From the NCBI GenBank assembly GCA_043228905.1, contig JBHGNT010000004.1, forward strand, positions 13,764,001 to 13,828,000: DNA of 64,000 nt, written 5' to 3'. Below are positions 12,511 to 25,200 of this stretch, one piece after another. The notes beneath the pieces were generated by a model. That model ran no database searches, was not told where the DNA came from, and saw nothing but the letters and a program-made list of their open reading frames with translations. The DNA is from Azolla caroliniana. Its lineage: Eukaryota > Plantae > Polypodiophyta. Position numbers and translations under genes: made by a program. Numbering within the stretch: position 1 is the first letter of the stretch; each line of letters starts with the position of its first letter.

Positions 12511-15500
12511 ATCTTCCCCTTCACTACGGCATGGGATGTCTCGCCAACCTGATCCACTTTCGGCACGGGTCGAGCTTGTCGATTGTCAACACCTTGGTCA
12601 ACATATCCGACCCATTCTCCTCCGTGTGGATCTTCATTAGCATGAACTCTTGATCTTCGACCCTCTCTCGGATCCAATGGTACCTCCGATTGATATGTTT
12701 CGTCCTGGAATGGTAAACCGTGTTCCTCGCAAGGTGGATGGCACTTGGACTGTCGCAGTATAGCCGATATTCCTCCTTTTGGATCGCTAGCTCTTCGATG
12801 AAGTCCTTCATCCAGATTATCTCCTTGCCGGCTTCCACATTTGCCATGTACTCCGCTCCGCCTCTGTGGTTGACAACGCAACCGTCTTCTGCAGCCTTGA
12901 CTGCCACGAAACAATTACCCCTGCGTAAGTCATGACATATCCGGATGTAGACCGACTCATATCTGCATCATCTGACATATCCGAATCTGTGAATCCGTCA
13001 AGTTGGGGTTTACTGGAGCTGAACTAGAGGCACATACTTGAGATGCCTTGTAGATACAAGAGTATCCACTTGACTGCTTTCTAGTGCTCTCTTCCGGGAT
13101 TGCTCATGAGCCGGCTCATCACTCTGACTACATATCCGATATCCGGACGGGTACATACCATCGCGTACATCAAGCTTCCGACGGCAGAGGCATATGGTAT
13201 CTTCATCATATACGTCTTCTCCACCTTTGTCCTCGGGCTTTGTTTTTTGGATAGCTTGCAGTTTGCCAGAAGTGTCGATCCGACTGGTTTCGCCTCCGAC
13301 ATGTTGTTACGTACCTCTCCTATGACAATCACAACAACTTCTTCGACCTGTCCCAGATGATATGCATTCCCAATATGTGTCTTGCCGGACCCAAGTCTTT
13401 CATTGAGAAGTTCCGGCTCAGAGCTTTCTTCAGCATCCGAATCTTGCCTTCGTCTCATCCGACGATCAACATATCATCCACATATAGGAGAAGTATCAGG
13501 AAATCTCCTCCGTCAAATTTCTTTACATACACACAGTGATCGGCCTATATCTTGTGGTACCCTTGGTTGGTCATGAAGGAGTCAAACTTCCGGTACCATT
13601 GCCGGGGGGCTTGCTTCCATCCGTATAAGCTCTTCTTCAGCCGGCACACAAGGTGCTCCTTCCCTTTCTTCTCAAATCCTTCCGGTTGATGCATGTAGAT
13701 CTCTTCTTAGAGGTTGCCATGTAGGAATGCCGCCTTGACATCCAGTTGCTCTACCCCAAGGTCCATGCGTGCCGCTATGCTCAATACCGTCCAGATGGAT
13801 GTCATCTTTACTACCTAGGCAAAGATCTCATCGAAGTCCACTCCTTTCTTCTACTTGAAGCCCTTCACTACGATTCGGGCCTTATACGTTGGTGGATTTC
13901 CGGCATCTCCCGGTTTCAGCTTGTACACCCACTTGTTCCGGAGTGCCCTCTTTCCTTTTGGCAACTCCGTCAGTTCGTACATGTGGTTCTCATGGAGGGA
14001 ATCCATCTCGTCTTGCATGGCACTTAACCACTTGCGGTAGTGGGTGTCTTTCTTTTCTTCTTCGAAGCTTTCCGGCTCCCCCGCATCGGTTAGCAACACA
14101 TGCTCTGCATCCGGAAATCTCCCGGGGGCTCTTCTCTCTCGGAGAGGGTATCTCCGTCTTTGGTCTTCGGCAACCGGTTCCTCTATCTACTCCTCATCCG
14201 AGTTCGATCCGGGATCTTGTCCGGTTTTGATGTCTTCTTCTTCTTCGGTCGGTTCAGTTTCTTGTCCGAATCCGGCCGGTTCGTCGAGTGTCATCCAGTT
14301 ACCGGCTAACATCCGGTTTTCAACCGGGTAAGTCCTTGTGCCCTCAAAACGGTTTTCATTGGATGATCCAGAGTTCATCACCTTCTTCTCTGACTCCTAG
14401 TCGGCAATGGTCCTGTCTTCCATGAAGATTATGACCCGACTCTAGAACACCTTCTTGTCGACCAGATCCCACACCCACACCCGGTAACTGAACTCGTCAT
14501 CCCCGTATCCAAGGAATATGCATGGCCTGGACTTCGGATCCAACTTTGCTCTCTTGTCCTTTGCAACATGCACATAGGCGAGACACCCGAACACCTTCAG
14601 ATGCCAGTAAGAAACATCCTTACCAGTCCATACTCTTTGTGGTGTGTCTCCATCCAAGGGTACTGAGGGTGATTTGTTTATCACGTAAGTCGCGGTCGTC
14701 AGCGCCTCAGCTCAAAACGTCTTGGGTAACTTTGCATGTGCAAGCATGCTCCAGACTCTCTCCATTATGGTCCATATCATCCTTTGGTCTAGCCCGTTTA
14801 GTTCTGGTGTCTTTGGCACGATAAATTCGAGCCGGATTCCTTTTGAACGGCAGTACTCCTCAAACTGCCCCCAGTATTCTCCTCTGTTGTCCGCTCGAAC
14901 CGCCTTCAACTTCCAAATGGTTTCTCTTTCCACTCTCGTGTGGAGTTCCTTGAAGATGGATAACACTTGATCCTTTTTCTTCAACGGTGAGACCCACAGC
15001 TTCCGGCTGTGGTTGTCTATGAACGTCACAAAGTATTGCGATCTGGCATGTGACTTCGTGTCCACTTGACGCACATCGGTATGCACCAACTCCAGTGGTG
15101 CATTTCGTCTCATCGGTGGTCTCGACGGGAAGGAGGTTCAGTTTTGCTCGCTAGCCAACCACTCGGTGCACTTCTCAAGATGCACGTCTTTCAACTCCAA
15201 AATGAGGTTGTCTTCGACAAGTCTTCTTGTCCCCTTCTGGCTCATATGACACAGTCTCGTGTGCCACAACTCACTGGCAGTGTCGGATGTTGTGTTCACT
15301 TCTTCCCGGCATATTCGGGCCTGCATTAGGTACAACGTGTTGATCTTCTGGGCTCAAGCCACAATCAGGCTTCCTTTACTGAATTTCATGACTCCGTTCT
15401 GGATGCTACCCGTGTAGTCTTCATCATCTAGCCGACTGGCTGATATCATGTTCAGTTGAACCTCCGGAATGTGTTGGACATCCTTCAACAACAACTTACA

Positions 15501-16977
15501 TCCGGTTGATGTCGTCAACAACACATCTCCTATGATGATGATTCAACACATCCCTTCATTCCCCATCCGGACACAACCGTGATCTCCGACTACGTAGGAT
15601 GAGAAGCATCTCCGGTCCGGTGTCAAATGGAACGACGCTCCGAAATCGACAACCCATGTTGTCTCATCACCGACAAGGTTAAACTCATTCTCCTCGGTAA
15701 TGAGCATTAGTTCTTCTTCGCTTGTCACGAATCCCGTCGTTTCTTTCCAATCCGGACCCCTCTGGTCCGAAGTGTTCCAGTCTGAACCCTTCTTCGAATC
15801 GGCATTGTCAATTCCTTTCTCTTTATGGAAATGCCGAAAATTCTTCTAGAAGTGCCCCGACTTTCAACAGTAGAAGCAAGTAGGCCTCCCCCTTGACTTC
15901 GACGTCGTCCCCGATTTGTCCCGGTTTTGGGGACTCGGATACCGGCCTCTTGCCCGGTTGTGTCATCTTCCGTGACCAAGGCCTTCGGATTGGTTCCGGA
16001 CTCCCGGTCCTTCCGTCGAGCTTCTTCATCTAGCAAGCTTGATTTTACCCTTGCTAGGGACAACTACTTTCCTTCCGGCCCAGCGTTGCACAACGTGACA
16101 ACTAGCGTCTCCCAACTATCCGGGAGGGAACCGAGCAAGAGTAATGCGAGTACCTCATCGATGAGAGGTACTTCCAACAAGGTTGCTTGGTGGATCAGTC
16201 CCTGGAAGGCATTCATGTGCTCCGTCATACTAGAGTCGTCCTGGTGCTGGAGCCTCACAAGCTATCGGAATACCGAAACCATATTAACAACATTCTTGTT
16301 CTGGAACATGATGCCGATCTTCTCCCAAAGTTCATGAGCCTTACTTTCTTCATTGAAGTTGTTGTACAGACTCATGCTGATAAAGCACTGGATGTATGTA
16401 GTCATTTTCATGTGCATTACCTCCCACATTGTGGCGTCGATCTTATCCAGTCTCTTGTCCCCGAACTGAACCGGCAACCAAAGATCTTTAACCACGAGCA
16501 TATCCCTCATCTTCGATTCCACACTTAGTGGTGAACTGAGCCGGTGAGCTTGAGCATGTCGCCAAACGATTCTTCCATTTCTTGTGTTATTTGCTCTGAT
16601 ACCAATTTGTGAAGAATAGCGCGGAATACTGCTCGGACACAACCGAGTCTTAGATCACTACGTTTAAGGATCAAACACAGAAATGGGAATAGAGATGAAG
16701 ACTCGTACACCAAAAGAAAGTACATATGATGTTTATGTGGAAAACCCTAATAGGGAAAAACCACGGGAGCCCACGGACTCCAAGCTATCACTATATGATA
16801 AAGGCACAATCAGAGACTCAGAGGCAACGACCTCGTGCTCTGTTTCTTCGCCAAGCAGCGGTTACAATAGAGTATCGCTCTGTATCTCCTCTCTCTCTCT
16901 CTCTCTCTCTATCTGTCACTCTCTATACAACAGCTATACACATACAACAATATGACCACACACAACTTGAGTGATTG
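11903..16977 (-). mobile_element. Decayed Tnt1/Tork-like Copia, relative of the 29001-34320 element; complete 3' LTR, truncated 5' LTR
   Basis: 3' LTR 11903-12510 (TG..CA), PPT 12511-12523, PBS gctctgatacca 16593-16604 (tRNA-Met-i), 5' LTR remnant 16608-~16977. Fragmented gag-pol ORFs are homologous to the 1332-aa ORF. Confidence 0.92.
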
Positions 16978-17109
16978 ACCAGAGTTGCAACAACAAAGGA
17001 GCTGAGATTCTAGATAAACCGGTTTGTCTTCGTCTCTGTGATTCAAGTTTCCATTAAACATTGTCTCTGTTTTCTATTGCTATCCGGATAAACCGGTTTG
17101 TCAAAGGTT

Positions 17110-18829
17110 CCGCATATTAACTTTTACAAGTAAGCTTGACTTTACCTACTCTAAGGATAGATGCTTCCCTTCTGGCCTAGTGTTGCAAATGTGACGAGCG
17201 TCTCCCAACTATCCAGAAGTGATCCCAACAACAGTAGAGCTAATTCCTCATTTGCAAGAGGTACTTCTTGAGAGGTGGTTTGATTCATCAGTCCTTGGAA
17301 GGCATTACTATGCTCCACCATGATGGAGCCATCCTGACATCTCCGTTTCACGATCTTCCACCACTCGCTCTCCTTGTGGCCTCTCTTGCCATAGTACCAG
17401 CATTTCGCGTCGGCCTTTTCTTGCCGATTTCTGGCGCCGCCTTGACTCCACCAATTTCCTGAGGGTTTGGAATTGCTAGCACCCTTCTTTCAACACTCGC
17501 TCTCCTTGTGGCCTCTCATGCCATAGTACCAGCATTTTGCGTCGGCCTTTTCTTGCGGATTTCCGGTGCCCCCTTCACTCCCCCTATTTCTGAAGGGTCC
17601 GGAATTGTTGTTAGCATTTCGATTATGCCTTCTATTTTCCTCCTGTCGGCCACCTCCATTACATGCCGACCCGCCTCGTCCACCACAACCAAAGGGCCTA
17701 TCTTCCTCCATGTACAATATCTTGCTGTTGGTGGGTGTACTTCGTCCGTGTACAACATCTTGTTGTCGGTGTGTGTACCCTTCTTCTACAAGCAACATCA
17801 ATTGTAGCTCAAAAAATGAAGGTGTATTCTCCCTCTTGCAGACTGCCGTTCGGAATGATCCGAACTTTGATTCCAATACTCCGAGGAAAACCTACACCAT
17901 TTCTTCCTCCTCAATGTTCACATTGACGGTGGTCAGGGAGTTGCAAATATCCTTGATCTTGGAGGTGTAGTCAGCCACCGACATATCTCTTTGTCGGACA
18001 TTGCTCAACTCCTATCTAAGTTGAAGCTTTTTGGTTGTGGTGCTCACAACAAAAATATTCTTAAGATTTCCCCAAGCATCCTTTGGCGTTTTGGTGTCCC
18101 AAATGTAGCTTAAGAATTGGTCGCTGGTAGTTGACGTGAAGCAGTACATTATCTTGCTTGTCGCTTGTTCCTAAGCTGGAAAGTCCCTTTATGTCGCATG
18201 CGATGCTACATCATTAGCTTCGTCGACATAACTCCAGTATGCATGTCCGTGCGGGCACTGGTGCATCTTGTATGACCAAGATGCGTAGTAGCTTCTGTCA
18301 AGCTTCTCCAATAGAAGTGAGCTAGCCATTCGTTTGTCCATTTCTTTTTTTGCCTATTCTTACAGGGTGTTGGGTCTTGGTTTGTGTTGAAAGCTCTTAT
18401 CGGCAATAGAGGATGTTCTAACCCTCAAGCTCTGTTACCATGAAAAGGTTATGTGCGGAAGTGTATAAACAACCGGCTCAACTGGACAACAATAGAAAAT
18501 ACGTAGGTTTAATGGAAAGCCTCAAATGCATAGAGAGTATACGGGAGAGAGCAGAACATAAACTCTATTTGGAAAATAACTCAGTACTCTATACATCGAA
18601 TGTGCTGAGAGAGCACTTTTATACAGGTCCTTAAATGGACTTGTACCATTAGAACTTGAATGCTCATAAATGAGCCTCTACACTAACTCCTATATATATT
18701 CCTTCACGGGATATCTTTCCAACGGCCTTCAGGATCCCACCGATTCGGCCTTGCTGATTGGTCTCCATCTGATCCGGCTCCCGACTTCTTTAGCCAATCC
18801 AGGCCTAAGCCGAGCTTGCTCACTCAACA
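17110..18829 (-). mobile_element. Chimeric Copia gag fragments (Tork-type 17110-17345; second family 17346-18440) with PBS and LTR 18441-18829
   Basis: ORFs 17151-17351 (LLLGSLLDSWETLV) and 17490-17876 (PSFFELQLMLLVEE, CWYYGMRGHKESEC zinc knuckle); PBS gctctgttacca at 18429-18440. Confidence 0.82.
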
Positions 18830-18985
18830 GAGATGTTCTAGACCAAGCATCTTCGAGAGGTGTTGTAACTTGTCTAGTCCGAGCGCCTTGGTGAAGATGT
18901 CGGCAACCTGCGATCGGTTCAAACATACCGGAGATCGACTTCACCACTCAAGACCTGCTCGCGCACAAAGGAATAATGCATTGTT
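18830..18985 (-). pseudogene. Copia RNase H C-terminal fragment
   Basis: Translates to HYSFVREQVLSGEVDLRYV...VADIFTKALG. Confidence 0.75.
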
Positions 18986-19019
18986 GGGAAACAGGTCCCT
19001 CTAGATGGGAAGAGAAGAG

Positions 19020-22000
19020 CCGAGTTGATGAGTAAGCAAAATCCAGGATATAGCAACCTCGAGAGACTATATTTGTAAATAGTCGAAATGTGCCCCATGT
19101 GGGCTATGTATGTAAATAGCCATAAAGTTGTATAAGTATATATATATATAACTAGGGCATACTTTACTGAAGTGTAGTATATCATTGTTGCATCATTAGG
19201 TTGTGAGTTAAAAGAAGGTTGTTGCCTCTGTAACTAAGTGTGTGTGAGAGAGTCTGTGACAGTTAGAGTGTAACTCTGCAATCGTCTGTTGACGAAGAAG
19301 ATCTCGAGATCGTTGCCTCCAAGTTTCTTATTGTACACCTCTCTGTGTAATGATTTGTTTTGGGTTTTGTGGACTCTACGTGGTATTTCGCAATTTGGGT
19401 TTCCACGTTAAATCTTGTGTCCCTGTTTCTAGCTGTATTTCTGTCGTTTTTTTGTCTGTGCAAATTCAACTTGATTTTTGCACCCAAATATATGAATGAG
19501 CAACAAATTGGTATCAAAGTGATGGAATACTCGTTCGGTGGCATGTTTAAGTTAACCGGCTCCGACTACTCAGTGTGGAAGTCGAAGTTGAGGGACATGC
19601 TCGTATGCAAAGACCTCTAGCTGCCAGACAATATTGATGCATTGACTTGGAAAGTAATGCATATGACGGCGGTAACATATATAAGGTGTTTTATAGACAT
19701 GAGTCTATACAACAACTTTGATGAGGAGACAAGTGCTGACGTCCTCTGGAAGAAGATTGACGTGATGTTCGAAAACAAGAACGCCGTGAATAGAGTCTCA
19801 GTTTTCAAAAAAAATAGTGACACTCCGGTACCAAGATGACTGCAGCATGCCATAGCATATTAATGCCTTCCAAGGACTAATGAATCAAACCACCTGTGTA
19901 GAAGTACCTCTTGTTGACAAGGTATTAACACTATTGTTGCTGGCATCCCTTCCGGACAGTTGGGAAATGCTGGTTGTCACATTATGTAACGCAGGACCGG
20001 AAGGGAAACACTTATCCTTAGAGCACATGAAGTCGAGCTTGTTGAATGAAGAAGCTTGTCGGAAGGACCAAGAGTCCAATACTGACCTAAAGGCCCTTGT
20101 CACGGAAAGGGATACGAATCGAGGAAGAGGCAAAAATTGAAGTCCACAGAATCGAGATAAGTCAGGGACAAGGTTGAAGTCGACGGGAAGGATCACATGC
20201 TTCTATTATGGGAAGCCGGGGCACTTCCAAAAGAATTTCAAACACGCTCGGAAGGAGAAAAGGGGAGTTGATGGTGTAGAGACAAAGAAAATACCAGATA
20301 GAAAGAAGAACTCAGCAATCGTCGTGAGTGAAGAGGAGTAGTTGTTCATTAGTGAACAAAATGAGGTCAATCTCGCCTGCGAAGAATTGACATGGGTGGT
20401 TGATTTGGGTGCATCGTTTCAATTATCCCCCGACCAAAAATGCTTATGATCATACAAGGACGGAGAGCATGGTCTTATAAAAATGGGAAATGAGAGAGCA
20501 TACCGAATCATCGTCATAGGAGATGTGGATGATGACATCAACCGGGTCCAGACTAGTGTTTAGAGATGTTTGACGCATTTCGGAAGTTCGATTGAACTTC
20601 ATATCAGTCGAGTTGATGAGTAACTGAAATCGAGGATATAGCAACCTCCCGAGACTATATTTATAAATAGTCGAAATGTGCCCCATGTGGGATATGTATG
20701 TAAATAGCCATAAAGTTGTATAAGTATATATATATATAACTAGATATGTATGCAAACTTTATTGAAGTGTAGTAGATCATTGTTGCACTCATTAGGTTGT
20801 GAGATACAAGAAGGCTGTTGCCTTTATAACTAAGTGTGTGAGAAAGAGTGTGTGAGAGTTAGAGTGTAACTTTGCAATCGTCTGTTGACGAAGAAGATCT
20901 CGAGGTCGTTGCCTCTGAGTTTCTTACTGTACACCTCTTTGTGTAATGATTTGGGTTTCCACATTAAATCTTGTGTCCCTGTTTCTAGTTGTATTTCTAT
21001 CGTTTTTTTGTCTGTGCACATTCAATTCGATATTTGCACCCAAATATACGAATGAGCAACTAGTTGTGGTCGGTCGATTCTCAACAAACTAGTATCAAAG
21101 CGATGGAAGACTCGTTCGGCGGCATGTTTAAGTTAACCAACTCCAACTACTCAGTGTGGAAATCGAAGTTGAGGGACATGCTCGTATGCAAAGACCTCTA
21201 GCTACGGAGACAATATTGATGCATTGACTTGGAACATAATGCATCTTACGACGGCAACATATATAAGGTGTTTTATAGATATGAGTCTATACAACAACTT
21301 TGATGAGGAGACGAGTGTCGACGTCCTCTAGAAGAAAATTGACATGATGTTTGAAAACAAGAACGCCGTGAACAGAGTCTCAGTTTTCAGAAAAATAGTG
21401 ACAGTTCGGTACCAAGATGACTCCAGCATGCCGGAGTATATTAATGCCTTCCAAGGACTAATGAATCAAACCACCTGGGTCGAAGTACCTCTTGCCAACA
21501 AGGTATTAGCACTGTTGCTGTTGGGATCCCTGCCGAACAGTTGGGAAATGCTAGTTGTCACATTATGCAACGTAGGACCGCAAGGGAAGTTAAGCTTGTT
21601 GAATGAAGAAGCTTGCCGGAAGGACCGAGATTCCAATACTGACCTGAAGGCCCTTGTCACGGAAAGTGACACGAATCGAGGAAGAGGCAAAAATCGAAGT
21701 CCTTAGAATCGAGATAAGTCGGGGACAAGGCTGAAGTCGAGGGGAAGGACCATGTGCTTCTATTGTGGCAATTTGGGGCACTTCCAAAAGAATTGTCGAC
21801 ACTTCCAAAAGGAGAAAGGGGGAGTTGATGGTGTAGAGACAAAGAAAATACCATACAGAAAGAACAACTCAGCAATCGTCGCGAGTGAAGAGGAGTAGTT
21901 GTTCATTAGTGAACAAAATGACGTCAATCTCGCCGGCGAAGAATCGACATGGGTGGTCGATTCGGGTGCGTCGTTTCAACTAACCCCCGACCAAAAATGC

Positions 22001-22262
22001 TTATGATCATACAAGGATGGAGAGCACGGTCTTGTAAGAATGGGAAATGAGAGATCATACTGAATCGTTGGCATAGGAGATGTGTGTATAATGACATCGG
22101 ACGGGTGTAGTCTAGTGTTGAGAGATGTTTGACATGTTCCGGATGTTCGATTGAACTTCATATCAGCCAGTCAGCTAGATGATGAAGGCTACATGGGTAA
22201 CATCCGGAATGACATCATGCAATTTTGCAAGGGAACTCTGATCATAGCTCGAGCCCGGAAGA
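19020..22262 (+). mobile_element. Two tandem ~1.6-kb copies of a Copia partial LTR + PBS + gag/protease
   Basis: Units start at ~19020 and ~20608 (cgagttgatgagtaa). PBSs are tggtatcaaag (19509) and tagtatcaaagc (21090). Gag ORFs 19642-20140 and 21344-21706 are closely similar. Confidence 0.88.
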
Positions 22263-22269
22263 CCAGCAC

Positions 22270-25200
22270 GCTGCACGTAGCCTTTTGCCACTAACCGGGC
22301 CTTGTACCGGTTGACAGAGCTATCGGTGTTGTATTTGACCTTGTATACCCACTGACAATCGATTGGTTTCACTCTTGTTGGTGCATCCACCAATCCCACG
22401 TCTGATTGTCCATGACCGCGTGCATCTCTTCTTCCATGGTCTTCTGCCGGTTCGGATCCTTAGCCGCTTCTGTGTAGCTCTCCGGCTCATCCACGGCTGC
22501 CACGTTCACCATGTACGCATAATGATGTGCCATATACTCGTTATATCCGTATAGAACTATGGGGTTGGTAGATTGGCACAATTTCTGCTCTATTGATTTC
22601 TTGGACCTGTTGCCTGACTTAGACTTCTCTTTTGAAGATCCGTCTTTGTTCTTTCCGAAGTCCAATTCACTCTGATCCGACTCATCTCTACCAGTGTCAT
22701 ATTCCAATATCTTCTTCTTCCCTTTCTCTTTGCCCGTGAATTGTCTGATTGGTTCCTTGAGCGAGGAGAGCATAGCCGAGTCTTCGCTACTTTCCGGCTC
22801 GTCCTCTGGTTGACCGCTCCGGCTCAATCAATCCAGATTGGTCCACTGATCTAGAGGGAAGTCACACTCTGGTCGTTCAGATTCTGCAACACTGCCCTCT
22901 ATGCCGGAGTCTGTCGCCTCATCCGCAGCAATCGGCTCGGGTTTAGGTGATGGGAGGTACCAAGATGCTAATTTTTCGAAGACAAAATCATAGTGTCGTG
23001 ATCTTTCTAACACATAGTGTGAAACCACCCTCGAAAAGAAGCAAAATAGTAGTTTAAATAAACTAGTATTGTGAAGTCAACTTTATTGGTAGCAAAATTA
23101 CTTTTTCATTTTGACAAAGGTAATTCCTTATAAATAAAAGGTCAAAGGATTGAACCTTACAATAAAGAATGATGAATATTAAGTTAGAGGTGGTTTTCAA
23201 AAGTAGACAAAAGCAGAGAAAAAAATGGAGAGGAAAAAAAAGCACGCGTGGATATGAGGCGCTTAGTAGAGAAAAAAGCTCATAACTTCCTTGTTAGATG
23301 TCCAAATTAGAAAAAAAAAGATGCATAAGAAAGCTAACCCAAAGAGCTTTCCAAGAATTTCTTGCATGTGAAATTTAGAGGTAGAAAACAGAAATAGTGA
23401 GCAAAAGAATAATCGACTCATATAGACAAGCTTTTTTTAGGGGAAAAAGGCAAGCAATCCTAAACCTATAAATAAGATCCTATTGTAGTGAAGAAGGGGG
23501 GGAGGAAGAAGGAACACGGAAGTTCTACTCAATTGGAAGGCAAAAGAAGAAGGATCAACAACATCGAGAGGCATCATCAACAAAGAATCACCTTCTTCTA
23601 TATTCCACTCTCTTCTTCTCTACACCTCTCTACATATACTTATGAGTCTTACCCACTAAGCGACTACAAGTTACTTATTATAATTATTATTATATATATA
23701 TTTTTTATACATTATTTCATGAGATGTGCGTGGAACCCCGCTTTTTCTCACTCTGTACATGCCACACCACGACATCCACCCCCACCAAACCGCACATCCT
23801 CCGGCATGTGCCAAAGAAAAGTGATGTGGTGAGGCCAAATGTTGTCAACCTTTGTTTTCTTTCCCTCGTCACGCCTTCGCCGCACGAAATCAACCATAAG
23901 ATTCAACATAATCTCTTCTTCATTTGTCTTTGTCATCCCCAACCACTCTTTCACATCGGGTTCACCAATGTCGCAAAAATTTCGCGTGCATGTGTCGCTT
24001 GAACGGAACCGCCGGGGCCTTAGACCGGGGAGACAAAAGTAGTGAGGAAGTGGAAGATTAAGTCAAAGACATGGGGAAATATACATAAGTTTTGATATAA
24101 ATCAGGGTTTTTGTTATTATTATTATTTTACAATTTATAGGCTTGACACCACGATTTCGGTCGTTAATACAATAATCGGTTATAAATCAACCAAAGGGGC
24201 TAAAATAAACCGGCGAAGGCGAGTCTAGTGGGCTCCGAGTCTCACTACTTCCGACGGCTATGTTGCCTCGATTCGGAGTAGCTCTTGTGCCACTACAACC
24301 TCCCTTACGCCACGGGCTACCAAGTTGACTACCACCGAGATGCTGAAGAAGCCATTGTGGAAGGAATCCAAGACCTAAAATCTCTTGAGTAAGAAGTAGA
24401 ATAGAATCTAAACTCACAAACCCTAAAAACCTAATCCTCTAGTATGTTGAGGAGAAAGAAGAAGCTCTCAAACCCTAACCCTAGAAGAAGAGGAGAAGAT
24501 GGAAAAAGGGATAAGGAGAAAGGGAGGCGACAAAACCCTAACCCAAGATGAAGAGGAAAAGATGAAACCCTAGTGGTACACCCCTAGAAGCCAAAATGGG
24601 CGACCCCCAAATAAGCCCTATCCCTCCTTTCTTATAAAGGAAAGAGGAGCTTATTTTAACATTACATGCTTTTTTTATTTTATTTCCTTTATCACAAAAA
24701 TGTAAGGATATCAAAATACTCCTTGATTTGTAGCAAGAGAGGCTCGAACTCTACACATACTTATAAGCCTTACTCACCAAGCGACTACAAGTTACTTATT
24801 ATTATTATTATTATTATTTTGTTTTTTATACATTATTTCATGAGATGTGCGTGGAACCTCGCTTTTTCTCACACTACACACGCCACACCACGACAACGGC
24901 TAACTTGGACTTATTTCGAACGGGGATTGTAGCACTTATACCCCTTATGTTTGTCGCAGTGGCCAATCAAGACGCACCTCTCAGATTTTGCATCCTGTTT
25001 CCTTCGCTTTTCATCTAGCACATGCACATATGCAATGCTGCTGAATACCCGAAGGTGCGCCAAATTCAACTTCTGCTTGAAATACAATTCGTGCGGCGAC
25101 ATCTTTGGCCCTGAGGCAATAATCTAATTCTGTATGTAGACGGCTGTCCGAATTGCTTCGGCCCAAAAAATTTGAGGCATGCTCTTCTCCTCCAGCATTG

